In this document: positions 36,597 to 46,504 of the stretch, piece after piece
How positions within the stretch are numbered: position 1 is the stretch's first letter
How the letters are laid out: each line of letters begins with the position of its first letter
DNA from: an uncultured Eubacteriales bacterium
GTDB lineage: Bacteria > Bacillota > Clostridia > Oscillospirales > CAG-272
NCBI GenBank assembly: GCA_934796165.1
Contig: CAKVOU010000001.1
Location: 78,752 to 142,751 of the forward strand
Direction: 5' to 3'
Length of the DNA: 64,000 nucleotides
Notes under the pieces: model-generated
What the model was told of the DNA's origin: nothing
Seen by the model: only the letters and a program-made list of their open reading frames with translations
Database searches by the model: none
Position numbers and translations under genes: made by a program

Positions 36597-37889
36597 ATGA
36601 CCGATCATTATGAGTTTGAGACCAATTGCATTCAGGCGGGGTATCACCCGAAGAACGGCGAACCGCGTGTTCTGCCGATCTGCGAGAGTACTACTTACCG
36701 CTACGACAGCGCCGCTTCGGTCGGCGACCTGTTCGACCTGCGCGCCGAGGGACATATGTATTCCCGTATCTCCAACCCGACCGTCGCGGCGGTGGAGGAG
36801 AAGATCGCGGTGCTGGAGGGCGGCGTCGGTGCGATCCTGACGTCGTCGGGACAGGCGGCAAACTTCATTGCCGTGCTCAACATCACGAGTGCGGGGCAGA
36901 ACATCCTTGCCATGTCCTCTATTTACGGCGGAACGGTTAACCTGTTTGCCGTGACCTTGAAACGGCTCGGCATTGAAGTGCGCTTTGTAACTCCGGAAAT
37001 GACCGACGACCGGGTTGAGGCATTGATCGACGAAAACACCCGTCTTTTCTTCGGCGAGACCATTGCCAATCCCGCGCTCACCGTGTTTGACATGGAGCGC
37101 TACACGACGCTTGCGCACCGCCACGGGCTTCCCGTTATCGTGGACAATACCTTCGCAACGCCGTATCTCTGTCGCCCGTTTGCGTGGGGTGTGGACATCG
37201 TGACCCATTCCACCACCAAGTATATGGACGGTCACGCGGAGATCGTCGGCGGCGCGGTCGTGGACAGCGGGAATTTCGACTGGACAAAAGGAAACCGTTA
37301 CCCCGAATTGACCACGCCCGATGAATCCTATCACGGCGTCACCTACACGGAGCAGTTCGGCAGAGCGGCTTATATCACCAAGGCGCGGGTGCAGCTCGTC
37401 CGCGACCTCGGCTGTCTCATGACCCCCGTGACTGCCTTCCAGCTCAACACGAGCCTGGAATCTCTCCCCGTCCGCATGGACCGGCACTGTGCAAACGCGC
37501 TTGCCGTTGCGCGGTATCTGGAGGGGCACGATATGGTGACCTATGTCCGCTATCCCGGGCTTCCGTCCGATCCGCAGTATCCGCTGGCACAGAAGTACTT
37601 TCCGCACGGCGCGTCCGGCGTGATTACATTCGGCGTGAAGGGCGGTCGCGGGGCGGCAATGAAGTTCATGGATTCTCTCCGCCTTGCCGCGATCGTCGTC
37701 CATGTTGCCGACGCGCGGACCTCGGTGCTGCATCCCGCAAGCTCGACGCACCGCCAGTTGACCGACGAACAGCTCGTCGCCGCGGGAGTGCTTCCGGAAC
37801 AGGTACGGCTTTCGGTCGGACTTGAGAATATTTCGGATATCCTCTCGGATATCGGTCAGGCGCTCGAAGCGGCGCGGACGGAAGGGTAA
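36597..37889 (+). CDS. metY: O-acetylhomoserine aminocarboxypropyltransferase/sulfhydrylase (PLP-dependent)
   Basis: ORF 36528-37889. Preferred start is ATG 36597 after GGAAGGAG. Contains FETNCIQAGY...YSRISNPT...HSTTKYMDGH (PLP lysine). Confidence 0.85.
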   Translation: MTDHYEFETNCIQAGYHPKNGEPRVLPICESTTYRYDSAASVGDLFDLRAEGHMYSRISNPTVAAVEEKIAVLEGGVGAILTSSGQAANFIAVLNITSAGQNILAMSSIYGGTVNLFAVTLKRLGIEVRFVTPEMTDDRVEALIDENTRLFFGETIANPALTVFDMERYTTLAHRHGLPVIVDNTFATPYLCRPFAWGVDIVTHSTTKYMDGHAEIVGGAVVDSGNFDWTKGNRYPELTTPDESYHGVTYTEQFGRAAYITKARVQLVRDLGCLMTPVTAFQLNTSLESLPVRMDRHCANALAVARYLEGHDMVTYVRYPGLPSDPQYPLAQKYFPHGASGVITFGVKGGRGAAMKFMDSLRLAAIVVHVADARTSVLHPASSTHRQLTDEQLVAAGVLPEQVRLSVGLENISDILSDIGQALEAARTEG

Positions 37890-37898
37890 GGTGGAAGA

Positions 37899-38816
37899 AT
37901 GCCGATCAAAATTCCCAACCTGCTTCCTGCCACAAAGACGCTGACCGAAGAGAATATCTTCGTCATGACCGAGACCCGCGCCATGACGCAGGACATCCGT
38001 CCTTTGCATATTCTGATGCTGAATCTGATGCCGACCAAGATCGTGACGGAGACCCAGATCGCGCGGCTTGTCGGCAATACGCCGCTTCAGGTGGAGCTGG
38101 AGCTGCTCCAGACCGCCTCGCACAAGGCAACGCACACCGATGAAGCGCATATGCTGGCGTTTTACAAGACCTTTGACGAGGTGGCGGACGAGAAATATGA
38201 CGGCATGATTATTACCGGTGCCCCGGTCGAACAGATGCCGTTTGAATCCGTCAACTATTGGGAGGAGCTTTGCCGGATCATGGAATGGAGCAAGAGCCAC
38301 GTGACAAGTACCCTTCATATCTGCTGGGGCGCACAGGCGGGGTTGTATTATCATTACGGAATCCCAAAGTATCCGCTCCCGGAAAAGCTGTCCGGCGTGT
38401 TTTCCCACAGCGTGGAGCACAAAGGCTCGATTCTGTTCCGCGGGTTTGATGACGCGTTTTACGTGCCCCATTCCCGCTTTACCACCTGTCGGCGCGAGGA
38501 CATCGAAGCGGTCCCGGCGCTCAAGATTCTTGCCTCGTCGCCCGAGGCGGGCGTGTACGCCGTCAGTACCGACGGCGGCAAACAGATCTTCCTCACGGGG
38601 CACCTCGAATATGACGGGGACACGCTCGCAAAGGAGTATTTCCGCGATGAGGCAGCGGGGCTTTCTCCCCGCGTGCCGAAGCATTATTTCCCGGGTGACG
38701 ACCCGAAGTGTCCTCCCGTTGTCAACTGGCGCTCCTGTGCCAACCTGCTGTTTTCCAACTGGCTCAACTACTTTGTTTACCAGACCACGCCCTATGATGT
38801 GGGCAGAATCAGCTGA
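37899..38816 (+). CDS. metA: homoserine O-acyltransferase (MetA family)
   Basis: 305 aa, [23 protein letters not shown]...ILNLMPTKI...ICWGAQA..., MetA-type. Confidence 0.9.
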   Translation: MPIKIPNLLPATKTLTEENIFVMTETRAMTQDIRPLHILMLNLMPTKIVTETQIARLVGNTPLQVELELLQTASHKATHTDEAHMLAFYKTFDEVADEKYDGMIITGAPVEQMPFESVNYWEELCRIMEWSKSHVTSTLHICWGAQAGLYYHYGIPKYPLPEKLSGVFSHSVEHKGSILFRGFDDAFYVPHSRFTTCRREDIEAVPALKILASSPEAGVYAVSTDGGKQIFLTGHLEYDGDTLAKEYFRDEAAGLSPRVPKHYFPGDDPKCPPVVNWRSCANLLFSNWLNYFVYQTTPYDVGRIS

Positions 38817-38988
38817 GTGCCGAGCCGGACAGCCGGACGGGATCATCGGTTTTGGTAATCTTTCGAAAGAGGGATGAAAGAACCCGGTAAAATCAAAGAA
38901 ACCCAACAAAACGCATCCGGGACGTTCCGCCTATGCCGCACGGCAAAAGGGAAGCCGCCCCGGAAGCATTCAAAAGAGGTATATAAAA

Positions 38989-39828
38989 ATGGCAGAAGAA
39001 AATTGCACGCATGACTGTTCGACCTGTTCTTCAAACTGTGCCGATCGTCAGCCCGAAAGTCTCCTGGAAGCGCCCAATCCGCTCTCCTCGGTCGGTCATG
39101 TGATCGCCGTTGTCAGCGGAAAAGGCGGTGTCGGCAAATCCATGGTTACGTCGCTTCTCGCGGTCGCCATGCAGAGAGCCGGCTTCCGCGTCGGCATTCT
39201 TGACGCAGATGTCACGGGACCGTCCATCCCCAAGGCGTTCGGACTCACCGCACAGGTCACCGGCTCCGATCACGCCATGATTCCGCCGGAAACCAAGACG
39301 GGAATTCCCGTCATGTCGGTCAACCTGATGCTGGAGGATGTAGAAGCGCCCGTCGTGTGGCGCGGACCCGTGATTGCGGGCGTGGTCAAGCAGTTTTGGT
39401 CGGATACCGTCTGGGACAGCCTCGATTACCTGTTTGTCGATTGCCCTCCCGGAACCGGCGACGTGCCGCTGACCGTGTTCCAGTCGCTCCCCGTGGACGG
39501 CGTTGTGATCGTGACCAGCCCGCAGGAGCTTGTCTCCATGATCGTGGCAAAGGCGGTCAACATGGCGGACATGATGAAGATCCCGGTGCTCGGCATTGTG
39601 GAGAACATGAGCTATGTGCGCTGTCCCGACTGCGGGCATGAGATTCATTTGTTCGGCGAGAGCCATGTGGAGGAGACCGCGAAAAAGTTCCGGATTGATC
39701 TGCTTGCGAAGATGCCGATCGACCCGGCGCTTGCTTCTCTTGTTGACGCAGGACGGGTGGAGGATGCGGAGAACGACTATCTGACCGAAGCCGCCGAAAA
39801 GATTAAAGAAAAGACCTACACCGAGTGA
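38989..39828 (+). CDS. Mrp/NBP35 family iron-sulfur cluster carrier ATPase
   Basis: 279 aa. N-terminal Cys-rich CTHDCSTCSSNC, P-loop VVSGKGGVGKS and CPDCGHE motif. Confidence 0.85.
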   Translation: MAEENCTHDCSTCSSNCADRQPESLLEAPNPLSSVGHVIAVVSGKGGVGKSMVTSLLAVAMQRAGFRVGILDADVTGPSIPKAFGLTAQVTGSDHAMIPPETKTGIPVMSVNLMLEDVEAPVVWRGPVIAGVVKQFWSDTVWDSLDYLFVDCPPGTGDVPLTVFQSLPVDGVVIVTSPQELVSMIVAKAVNMADMMKIPVLGIVENMSYVRCPDCGHEIHLFGESHVEETAKKFRIDLLAKMPIDPALASLVDAGRVEDAENDYLTEAAEKIKEKTYTE

Positions 39829-39921
39829 ACCGACGCCGCGGAGGATTTTTCCGCACAAGCCGGAATCCGGTGCCGCGATGGATTTTCTTCACTGTAAACC
39901 GAACGATCAAAGGAGGCAGGT

Positions 39922-40593
39922 ATGCAAAAGGATACAGTCAATGCGGTAACGCACACGCAATGCGTGACACACTCCCGCCGCGGTCTTCGCGTCACCCTGA
40001 TGGTGTTTGCCGGTGTCCTTGCGGCACTTTGCCTCCTTTTGCTTGTCACCAATCTCTTTGTTTATTTCCGTGGGAAATCCCGCATCCGTACTTCGGAACA
40101 GCTTGCAGAGGAGGAGTACCGCGCCGATGTGATCCTTGTGCTCGGCGCGGGGCTTCGCCCTGACGGGATGCCCAGCGATATGCTGTCCGATCGCGTCCGT
40201 ACTGCGGTCGGGGTGTATGAAAAGGGGATTTCCGGTCTGCTTCTGATGAGCGGCGACCGTTCGTCCGATACATACGACGAACCGCGGGCGATGGCGACGT
40301 ATGCCGGAACCCTCGCGGTTTTCGCGGACGGCGGGATCGATACCGACGGGGAGGGGTACTCCACCTACGAAAGCCTTGCCAACGTCAAAGCCCGTTTCGG
40401 GGAAGGGGCGCGCGTCGTCATTGTGACCCAGTCCTATCATCTTTACCGTGCGCTGGACATCGCAAAGGTGCTGGGGCTTGACGCGGTGGGTGTTTCCGCG
40501 GATCTGCGTTCCTACCGCGGACAGTTTGTCCGCGAGGTACGGGAGATGCTTGCCCGTACCAAGGATTTTTTGTTTGCGCGTTTCAGAGGATAA
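39922..40593 (+). CDS. SanA/YdcF (DUF218) family membrane protein
   Basis: 223 aa. N-terminal TM helix, then ADVILVLGAGLRPDGMPSDMLSDRV...SGD...QSYHLYRA. Confidence 0.7.
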   Translation: MQKDTVNAVTHTQCVTHSRRGLRVTLMVFAGVLAALCLLLLVTNLFVYFRGKSRIRTSEQLAEEEYRADVILVLGAGLRPDGMPSDMLSDRVRTAVGVYEKGISGLLLMSGDRSSDTYDEPRAMATYAGTLAVFADGGIDTDGEGYSTYESLANVKARFGEGARVVIVTQSYHLYRALDIAKVLGLDAVGVSADLRSYRGQFVREVREMLARTKDFLFARFRG

Positions 40594-40647
40594 AGGGGAG
40601 AGGAGACTCTCCTCTTTTGCGTATCAATCGGAAAAGGAGGACTGCGA

Positions 40648-41187
40648 ATGAGAAAAAAGATCAGGGACCGGATTGTCTCCGCAGACGAAGTCATACGGGA
40701 CGGATTTTCCGCGGATGTAATTTTAGTGTTCGGCGCGGGGTATCTGCCAGATGGTACGCCGAGCGATATGCTTGCCGACCGCATCCGGACCGGCGCGGAG
40801 CTGTATCTTGCGGGCGCGGGAGCAACGCTTTGCCTGAGCGGTGCCGTCGGGGCGGGGCATGACGAGCCCGCCGTCATGCGGCGGTACGCGCTTGCCTGCG
40901 GTGTGCCGGAGGAAGCGATCGTCACGGATTCGGACGGCGTTTCCACCTATGCAAGCGTTTCGTATCTTGCCCGCATGGGGTGCCGACGCGCCCTGCTCGT
41001 TTCCCAGTCCTATCACCTTCCGCGGGCGATTGATCTTGCGCTTTCCATGGGAATCGACGCGCGCGGTGTTCCCGCTGATCGCCAGCACTACCGCAGAATG
41101 CCGTACTACCGGCTCCGGGAGCTGTTTGCCCGCGCCAAGGATCACGTCAAGGTCAGGGTGTGTGCCCGCCACGGAAAGTTTCAATAA
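40648..41187 (+). CDS. DUF218 (SanA/YdcF-like) paralog lacking the N-terminal TM helix
   Basis: 179 aa, ADVILVFGAGYLPDGTPSDMLADRI...QSYHLPRA. Clear paralog of the upstream gene. AAGGAGG RBS. Confidence 0.7.
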   Translation: MRKKIRDRIVSADEVIRDGFSADVILVFGAGYLPDGTPSDMLADRIRTGAELYLAGAGATLCLSGAVGAGHDEPAVMRRYALACGVPEEAIVTDSDGVSTYASVSYLARMGCRRALLVSQSYHLPRAIDLALSMGIDARGVPADRQHYRRMPYYRLRELFARAKDHVKVRVCARHGKFQ

Positions 41188-41202
41188 ATTTCACGTTTTC
41201 TC

Positions 41203-41231
41203 TGTACATTCCTGCCGGATTGTGCTAAAAT
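41203..41231 (+). promoter_or_regulatory. possible promoter
   Basis: TGTACA, 17 nt, TAAAAT, with TGTGC in the -16 region. Confidence 0.4.
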
Positions 41232-41279
41232 GACTTACTGGATACTATAAGTTTTATCCAACATCAAAGGAGATCTATC

Positions 41280-42191
41280 ATGAAGAACAAATTGTTCAGC
41301 GGTGTCTATCCGGCGTCCTTCAGTGTTTACGACGAAAACATGAAGGTCATCGTCCCCACGGTGGAAAAGATCATCAACTGGCAGCTTGCCTGCGGCGTCA
41401 AGGGCTTCTACGTCGGCGGTCATACCGGCGAGTGCCAGGTGCTTCCGCAGCGTACCCGTATCGAGATGCTGGAAGTGGTCAAAAATACGGTCGGCGACCG
41501 CGGCAAGGTCTTTGCGCACGTCGGTTCCGGTCGGATGGAGGATGTTCTGGAGCTGACCAGATACGCCGATTCCATCGGTGTGGACGCGGTTTCTTCCATG
41601 GCGCCCGCCATGATGCCGTACTATAACGACGAGGAAACGCTGGAGTACTACCGCATGATCGCGGCGAATACCTCCAAGCCGGTCCTTGCATATGTCACTC
41701 CCGCACTTTCGAACCCCGTTCAGTTTATGGAAAAGGCAATGCAGATCGACCATGTGATCGGCGCGAAGATCACCATTCCGAACTACTACGCGTTCGAGCA
41801 GGTGCTTCAGATCAACGGCGGCGATCTCAACGTCTTCAACGGTCCCGATGAAACCATGGTCTGCGGTCTTGCTCTCGGTGCGGACGGCGCAATCGGCACG
41901 ACCTATAACTTCGCCCCGGAGCTTGCGGTCGGCATTTACAATGATTTCGTGTCCGGCAATATCGCCTCTGCAAGAGAGAAGCAGTTCAAGTTGGACAAGC
42001 TGATTTCCATCGGCATCCGTCACGGCGGTTCTGCGGCATACTGGAAGGCATACATGACTCTGCTCGGCTTTGACATGGGCATTGTCGTCGCTCCCCGCCA
42101 CAATCTCGATAAGGACGAGATGAAGGCATTTGAAAAGGAAGCGGTCGCCCTCGGACTGTACGAGGTCAACGACATGACCAAACTCAAGTAA
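41280..42191 (+). CDS. dihydrodipicolinate synthase family lyase (DapA/NanA-like)
   Basis: 303 aa. GFYVGGHTGE (compare GTTGE/GSTGE), IGAKITIP (Schiff-base Lys region). TIM-barrel aldolase family. Substrate not assignable. Confidence 0.75.
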   Translation: MKNKLFSGVYPASFSVYDENMKVIVPTVEKIINWQLACGVKGFYVGGHTGECQVLPQRTRIEMLEVVKNTVGDRGKVFAHVGSGRMEDVLELTRYADSIGVDAVSSMAPAMMPYYNDEETLEYYRMIAANTSKPVLAYVTPALSNPVQFMEKAMQIDHVIGAKITIPNYYAFEQVLQINGGDLNVFNGPDETMVCGLALGADGAIGTTYNFAPELAVGIYNDFVSGNIASAREKQFKLDKLISIGIRHGGSAAYWKAYMTLLGFDMGIVVAPRHNLDKDEMKAFEKEAVALGLYEVNDMTKLK

Positions 42192-42204
42192 TCAAAAAGC
42201 AATG

Positions 42205-42239
42205 AAAAAAGGCTCCCCGCGGGGAGCCTTTTTGTTTTT
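42205..42239. terminator. bidirectional terminator
   Basis: AAAAAAGGCTCCCCGCGGGGAGCCTTTTTGTTTTT lies between convergent genes. Confidence 0.75.
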
Positions 42240-43159
42240 CAGATTTCAAACATTTTGATCGCCTTGATTGCGGAGCCGTCCGGATAGTCGCGCACCTCGC
42301 CGAGCGCATAGAAGTGTCCCCCGGCATCTGCCATGCGGACACGCTGTCCCGAAGGAAGGGTCGTTCCGATTTTTTTCTGGTAGATCTCGCAACCGCTCCT
42401 TGAGAGTTTTTCGTAAAACGCGGGGAGTCTTACCACGGGCAGATCATAAAACAAGGATTCCACGGGGGAAAGACGCGCAAGCCGTTCCTCCATCGTCATC
42501 CCGCCAAGTTCCGCCGGGGTGACGCAGGCATCAAGCGGGAAGCCGCACGCCTCGGTGCGAAGGAGCGAAGCCATCACGCCGCCGCAGCCGAGCGCCCGAC
42601 CGATGTCCGCGCAGAGCGTGCGGATGTACGTGCCGCCGGAACAGTGAACGTCCAGGACATAATCGGACGGCACGTCCGTCGGTGTGACGGTAAGTGCGAA
42701 AATTTCGATTTCCCGCGCCTGCCGTTCGACCACCTTTCCCTCGCGGGCAAGATCCACCAGCTTGCGCCCGTCTACCTTGAGCGCCGAGTACATCGGAGGA
42801 ACCTGACGGATTTTCCCGACGAACGACCGGCAGATCTCCGTTACCGCTTCGGGGGAAGGGAGTGTATCGGTTTCGGTCAGCACTTTTCCCGTTGTGTCCT
42901 CCGTGTCCGTCGTCAGCCCGAGCCGGAGTGTCGCGCGGTAGCGCTTCGCGTCGTGGGAGAGATACTCCGCCGCCTTCGCGGCGCGTCCCACGAGAATGAC
43001 CAGAACCCCTTCTGCCATCGGGTCAAGCGTACCCGTGTGACCGACCCGTCTGGTGCCGTAGAGCTTCCGCATCATGCCGACCACATCGTGGGAGGTGCAG
43101 TCCGCGGGCTTGTTGACCGTGAGAACGCCGCACGGCTCAGTGTTTGCCGCCGCGTTCAT
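42239..43159 (-). CDS. truB: tRNA pseudouridine(55) synthase
   Basis: 306 aa, GVLTVNKPADCTSHDVV...GHTGTLDPMAEGVL... Confidence 0.92.
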   Translation of the reverse strand: MNAAANTEPCGVLTVNKPADCTSHDVVGMMRKLYGTRRVGHTGTLDPMAEGVLVILVGRAAKAAEYLSHDAKRYRATLRLGLTTDTEDTTGKVLTETDTLPSPEAVTEICRSFVGKIRQVPPMYSALKVDGRKLVDLAREGKVVERQAREIEIFALTVTPTDVPSDYVLDVHCSGGTYIRTLCADIGRALGCGGVMASLLRTEACGFPLDACVTPAELGGMTMEERLARLSPVESLFYDLPVVRLPAFYEKLSRSGCEIYQKKIGTTLPSGQRVRMADAGGHFYALGEVRDYPDGSAIKAIKMFEI

Positions 43160-44409
43160 GGCAGAAGAACGTCGTCCGGGCGACGCTTGGGAACATAGTG
43201 AATTCCGTTTTCCCGGTAGTAACTGTAATCGGTCGCGCCCTCGGGCAGACCTTCGACCAGCTCCACTGTCTCATCGGGCTTGCCGATGGCGAGGATCAGC
43301 TCCGGGGTGATTCCGTCCCCCAAGCCGAACAGCTTCCTCACGCCCTCCATGTCAAACGCGCCGACCATGCACCCGCCGAGTCCGTATTCCGTCGCACAAA
43401 GCAAGATCGCTTCGGCGGCAATTCCGACATCTTTTTGGTACGCGTGCGCGCCGGGGGCAAGAGTTTCATCGGAGCAGATGACCACATAAGCGGCAGGCTC
43501 ATGCCCTGCGGGGGGCAGGTGAATTTCCTTGAACTTTCCCGCAAAGCGGAGAAGGGAAAGCAGGTTTGTACGCTCTTCTGCACCGGTCACCGGGCGGTAA
43601 CGCAGTGGTTGCAGATTGACCGACGATGCGGTAAATCTCGCACTGTCAAGGAACAGAAGTAGCTGTTCCCGCGTCACAAGGACCGAGGGGTCAAACGAGC
43701 GATAGGAGCGGTTTTTCCGGAGCAGTTCCGCCATCGGCATTTCGCGGTGCTCCGGCAGAAAGCGGACGTGGACCGCACAGATGTCAAAGCCCTTGGCGGA
43801 GAAGCTACGCTCGTATTCGGTCTCAATATTCCCCGCAGCAAGCGCGCTGTGGTGCAGATCGTAGGAAAGAAACAGCGTCTCGGTACCCACTGCGGCAAGC
43901 TCCGAGAGCGAGAAATCAAAGAGCCCCCGGTTGTCGGTCTTGAATTCCAGTCTGCCGTCTGCCTTCAGCAATCGGCGGTAAAGCGCGAGAAAGCCCCGGT
44001 AGGTCAGGCGGCGCTTGGCGTGTCCCTTTTTGGGCCACGGGTCGCTGAAATTCAGATAAATGCAGTCGAAGACACCGTCCGGGAACCAGTCGGCAAGATT
44101 CTTCGCGTCGCCGATGAGAAAGCGGAGATTGTCCGCGGGGCGCTCCCCGGCAGTCGCCTTTGCTTTTTCAAGTGCGAGGCAGGCGGCATCCGCAAATTTC
44201 TCCATTGCGATGAAGTTGATGTCCGGATACTTCTTCGCCATCCCGACGGCAAAGTCGCCTTTCCCGCATCCGATTTCCAGGCACAGCGGTTTTCCGGAAT
44301 CAGGAAAAAACGCCGTCGGATCGGCGATTCTTTCCGACGGCGTTTCAATGAGCAGTTCGGCACAGGCGGCGATCCGTTCCGCTCCGTGCTTTTTCTTACG
44401 CATTCTCAT
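43156..44409 (-). CDS. trmB: tRNA (guanine-N7)-methyltransferase fused to a nitroreductase-family domain
   Basis: 417 aa. The N-terminal ~225 aa are TrmB-like (LCLEIGCGKGDFAV...NFSDPWPKKGHAKRR). The C-terminal ~185 aa are nitroreductase-like (LLRKNRSYRSFD...LGGCMVGAFD). A single uninterrupted frame. Confidence 0.8.
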   Translation of the reverse strand: MRMRKKKHGAERIAACAELLIETPSERIADPTAFFPDSGKPLCLEIGCGKGDFAVGMAKKYPDINFIAMEKFADAACLALEKAKATAGERPADNLRFLIGDAKNLADWFPDGVFDCIYLNFSDPWPKKGHAKRRLTYRGFLALYRRLLKADGRLEFKTDNRGLFDFSLSELAAVGTETLFLSYDLHHSALAAGNIETEYERSFSAKGFDICAVHVRFLPEHREMPMAELLRKNRSYRSFDPSVLVTREQLLLFLDSARFTASSVNLQPLRYRPVTGAEERTNLLSLLRFAGKFKEIHLPPAGHEPAAYVVICSDETLAPGAHAYQKDVGIAAEAILLCATEYGLGGCMVGAFDMEGVRKLFGLGDGITPELILAIGKPDETVELVEGLPEGATDYSYYRENGIHYVPKRRPDDVLLP

Positions 44410-44412
44410 AAG

Positions 44413-45507
44413 TTATACATTGAAGCGGAACAGCACAATGTCGCCGTCCTGCATGACGTAATCTTTCCCCTCACTGCGGTAGAGCCCCGCTTCCTTGGCG
44501 GCGTTCATGGAGCCGCACTTCACGAGGTCGTCAAACGCGACGATTTCCGCGCGGATGAATCCGCGTTCAAAGTCGCTGTGAATCTTGCCTGCCGCCTGCG
44601 GCGCCTTGGTGCCCCTTGTGATCGTCCACGCGCGGACTTCTGTGGGACCTGCGGTCAGGTAACTGATGAGACCGAGCAGGGAATAGCTTGCCTTGATGAG
44701 ACGGTCGAGACCGCTCTCCTCAATTCCGAGGTCAGAAAGGAATGCAGCCTTTTCATCGGCGGGAAGCTCCGCGATCTCTGCTTCGATCTGCGCGCAGATG
44801 GCGATCGCCTCGGTGTGTTCCTCTTTCGCAAACTTCTTGACGGTCATGTACATGGGATTCCCGAGCGGTTCCGATGCCGCCTCGTCCTCGGATACGTTTG
44901 CAACGTAAATGACCGGCTTCATGGTAAGGAGGGGCGTTTCCGCAAGGTATGCGCGCTCGTCCTCGCTGAGCTCCACCGTGCGTGCGCTTTTGCCGTCCTC
45001 CAGTGCCGCCATGATCTTTTCAAAGACATCCAGCGCCGCCTGAAGCGTCTTGTCGCCGCGCAGATCCTTCTTGGTACGGTCGATGCGGCGGGAGAGAATG
45101 TCAATGTCCGAATAGATCAGCTCCAGATTGATGGTATCGAGATCTCTTTTGGGATCAACCTTTCCATCCACGTGGATGATGTTTTCGTCTTCAAAGCAAC
45201 GCACGACGTGAACGATTGCGTCCACCTCGCGGATGTTGGAGAGGAACTGGTTTCCGAGTCCCTCGCCTTTGGATGCGCCGCGGACAAGTCCCGCAATATC
45301 GACGAATTCAATGATCGCGGGCGTGTATTTCGCGGGATGATACATATCCGAGAGAAAATCCAGACGCTTGTCCGGCACCGAGACGACGCCGACGTTGGGG
45401 TCGATGGTGCAGAAGGGATAGTTTGCAGAGGGGGCTCCCGCGTTGGTCAGCGCATTGAACAGCGTGCTTTTTCCGACGTTGGGGAGTCCGACGATTCCGA
45501 GCTTCAT
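44413..45507 (-). CDS. ychF: redox-regulated ATPase YchF
   Basis: ORF runs to 45645. Preferred start is ATG 45507 ([21 protein letters not shown]), giving a typical ~364-aa YchF. Confidence 0.92.
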   Translation of the reverse strand: MKLGIVGLPNVGKSTLFNALTNAGAPSANYPFCTIDPNVGVVSVPDKRLDFLSDMYHPAKYTPAIIEFVDIAGLVRGASKGEGLGNQFLSNIREVDAIVHVVRCFEDENIIHVDGKVDPKRDLDTINLELIYSDIDILSRRIDRTKKDLRGDKTLQAALDVFEKIMAALEDGKSARTVELSEDERAYLAETPLLTMKPVIYVANVSEDEAASEPLGNPMYMTVKKFAKEEHTEAIAICAQIEAEIAELPADEKAAFLSDLGIEESGLDRLIKASYSLLGLISYLTAGPTEVRAWTITRGTKAPQAAGKIHSDFERGFIRAEIVAFDDLVKCGSMNAAKEAGLYRSEGKDYVMQDGDIVLFRFNV

Positions 45508-45663
45508 GGTTTTTATGGTCCTTTCTTCGCCGCGAAGGTCACCGGCGGCAGATTCTGAATACAAATTGCATAGAAATAACATTTTCATTATAGTACAAGT
45601 GACGGAATTTCGCAAGTATTTCGCAAAAAAAGAACTGATTTTCAAAAAAATTTAAGAAATCTC

Positions 45664-45692
45664 TTTACAAAAATACGGAAAAAAGATATAAT
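45664..45692 (+). promoter_or_regulatory. sigma-A type promoter of the two-component operon
   Basis: TTTACA (45664-45669), 17 nt, TATAAT (45687-45692). Confidence 0.55.
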
Positions 45693-45733
45693 AAGCATAT
45701 ATCGACAAATACTCACGACATGGAGGAAACGAG

Positions 45734-46426
45734 ATGCTGGATTCAAAAATTCTGGTTGTGGACGATGATCCCAATATCAGCGATCTTTTAAAGATGTATT
45801 TTGAAAATGAGGGATATGAGGTCAAAGTCGCAAACGACGGAGCAGAAGGCATCAATTTCTTTAAGATGTATGAGCCGGATCTTGTTCTGCTTGATATCAT
45901 GCTTCCAAAGAAGGACGGCTGGCAGGTCTGCCGGGAGATCCGTGAAATATCGTCCAAACCGATCATCATGATTACGGCGAAGGGCGAGGTGTTTGACAAG
46001 GTACTTGGGCTGGAGCTCGGTGCCGATGACTTTGTAGTCAAGCCCTTTGACATGAAGGAGCTGTCCGCGAGAGTCAAGGCGGTGCTTCGCCGTTATCAGC
46101 AGCACGACAACAAGAACGACGATGAGGTCATCAAGTTCGACAACATCGAGATCAGCCTGCAGAAGTACGAGCTCAAGCTGAAGGGCAAGTCGGTGGACAT
46201 TCCGCCCAAGGAACTGGAGCTTCTGTATTTCCTCGCTTCCAACTACAACCGGGTCTTTACGAGAGACCAGCTGCTTGACAAGGTCTGGGGCTTTGATTAC
46301 CTCGGCGACTCCCGTACCGTGGATGTTCATGTCAAGCGTCTGCGCGAGAAGCTGGAGGGCGTTTCGGACAAGTGGGTACTCAAAACGGTCTGGGGCGTCG
46401 GCTACAAGTTTGAACTTCTGAACTGA
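45734..46426 (+). CDS. OmpR-family response regulator
   Basis: 230 aa. Receiver domain (ILVVDDD...DLVLLDIMLP) plus winged-helix trans_reg_C (DVHVKRLREKL...VWGVGYKF). Confidence 0.9.
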   Translation: MLDSKILVVDDDPNISDLLKMYFENEGYEVKVANDGAEGINFFKMYEPDLVLLDIMLPKKDGWQVCREIREISSKPIIMITAKGEVFDKVLGLELGADDFVVKPFDMKELSARVKAVLRRYQQHDNKNDDEVIKFDNIEISLQKYELKLKGKSVDIPPKELELLYFLASNYNRVFTRDQLLDKVWGFDYLGDSRTVDVHVKRLREKLEGVSDKWVLKTVWGVGYKFELLN

Positions 46427-46504
46427 TTGCCGGACTGTCCGGCGGATGAATTAGGGTTGGCGCACACTGCGTGCCAACCCTTTCTTTGCAAGCGGAGGGA
46501 TACT

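Noticed and set aside
36558-38909. 783-aa minus-strand ORF
   Set aside because: Antisense shadow spanning metY and metA, with a low-complexity Arg/Gly/His-rich translation.
38817-38988. Fragmentary resemblance to a SAM-I riboswitch (AAAGAGGGATGAAAGAACCCGG) downstream of metA
   Set aside because: Only a short partial match. It lacks the GGCCC/GGTGCC elements and the four-way junction pairing, and it is positioned after the met genes rather than before them.
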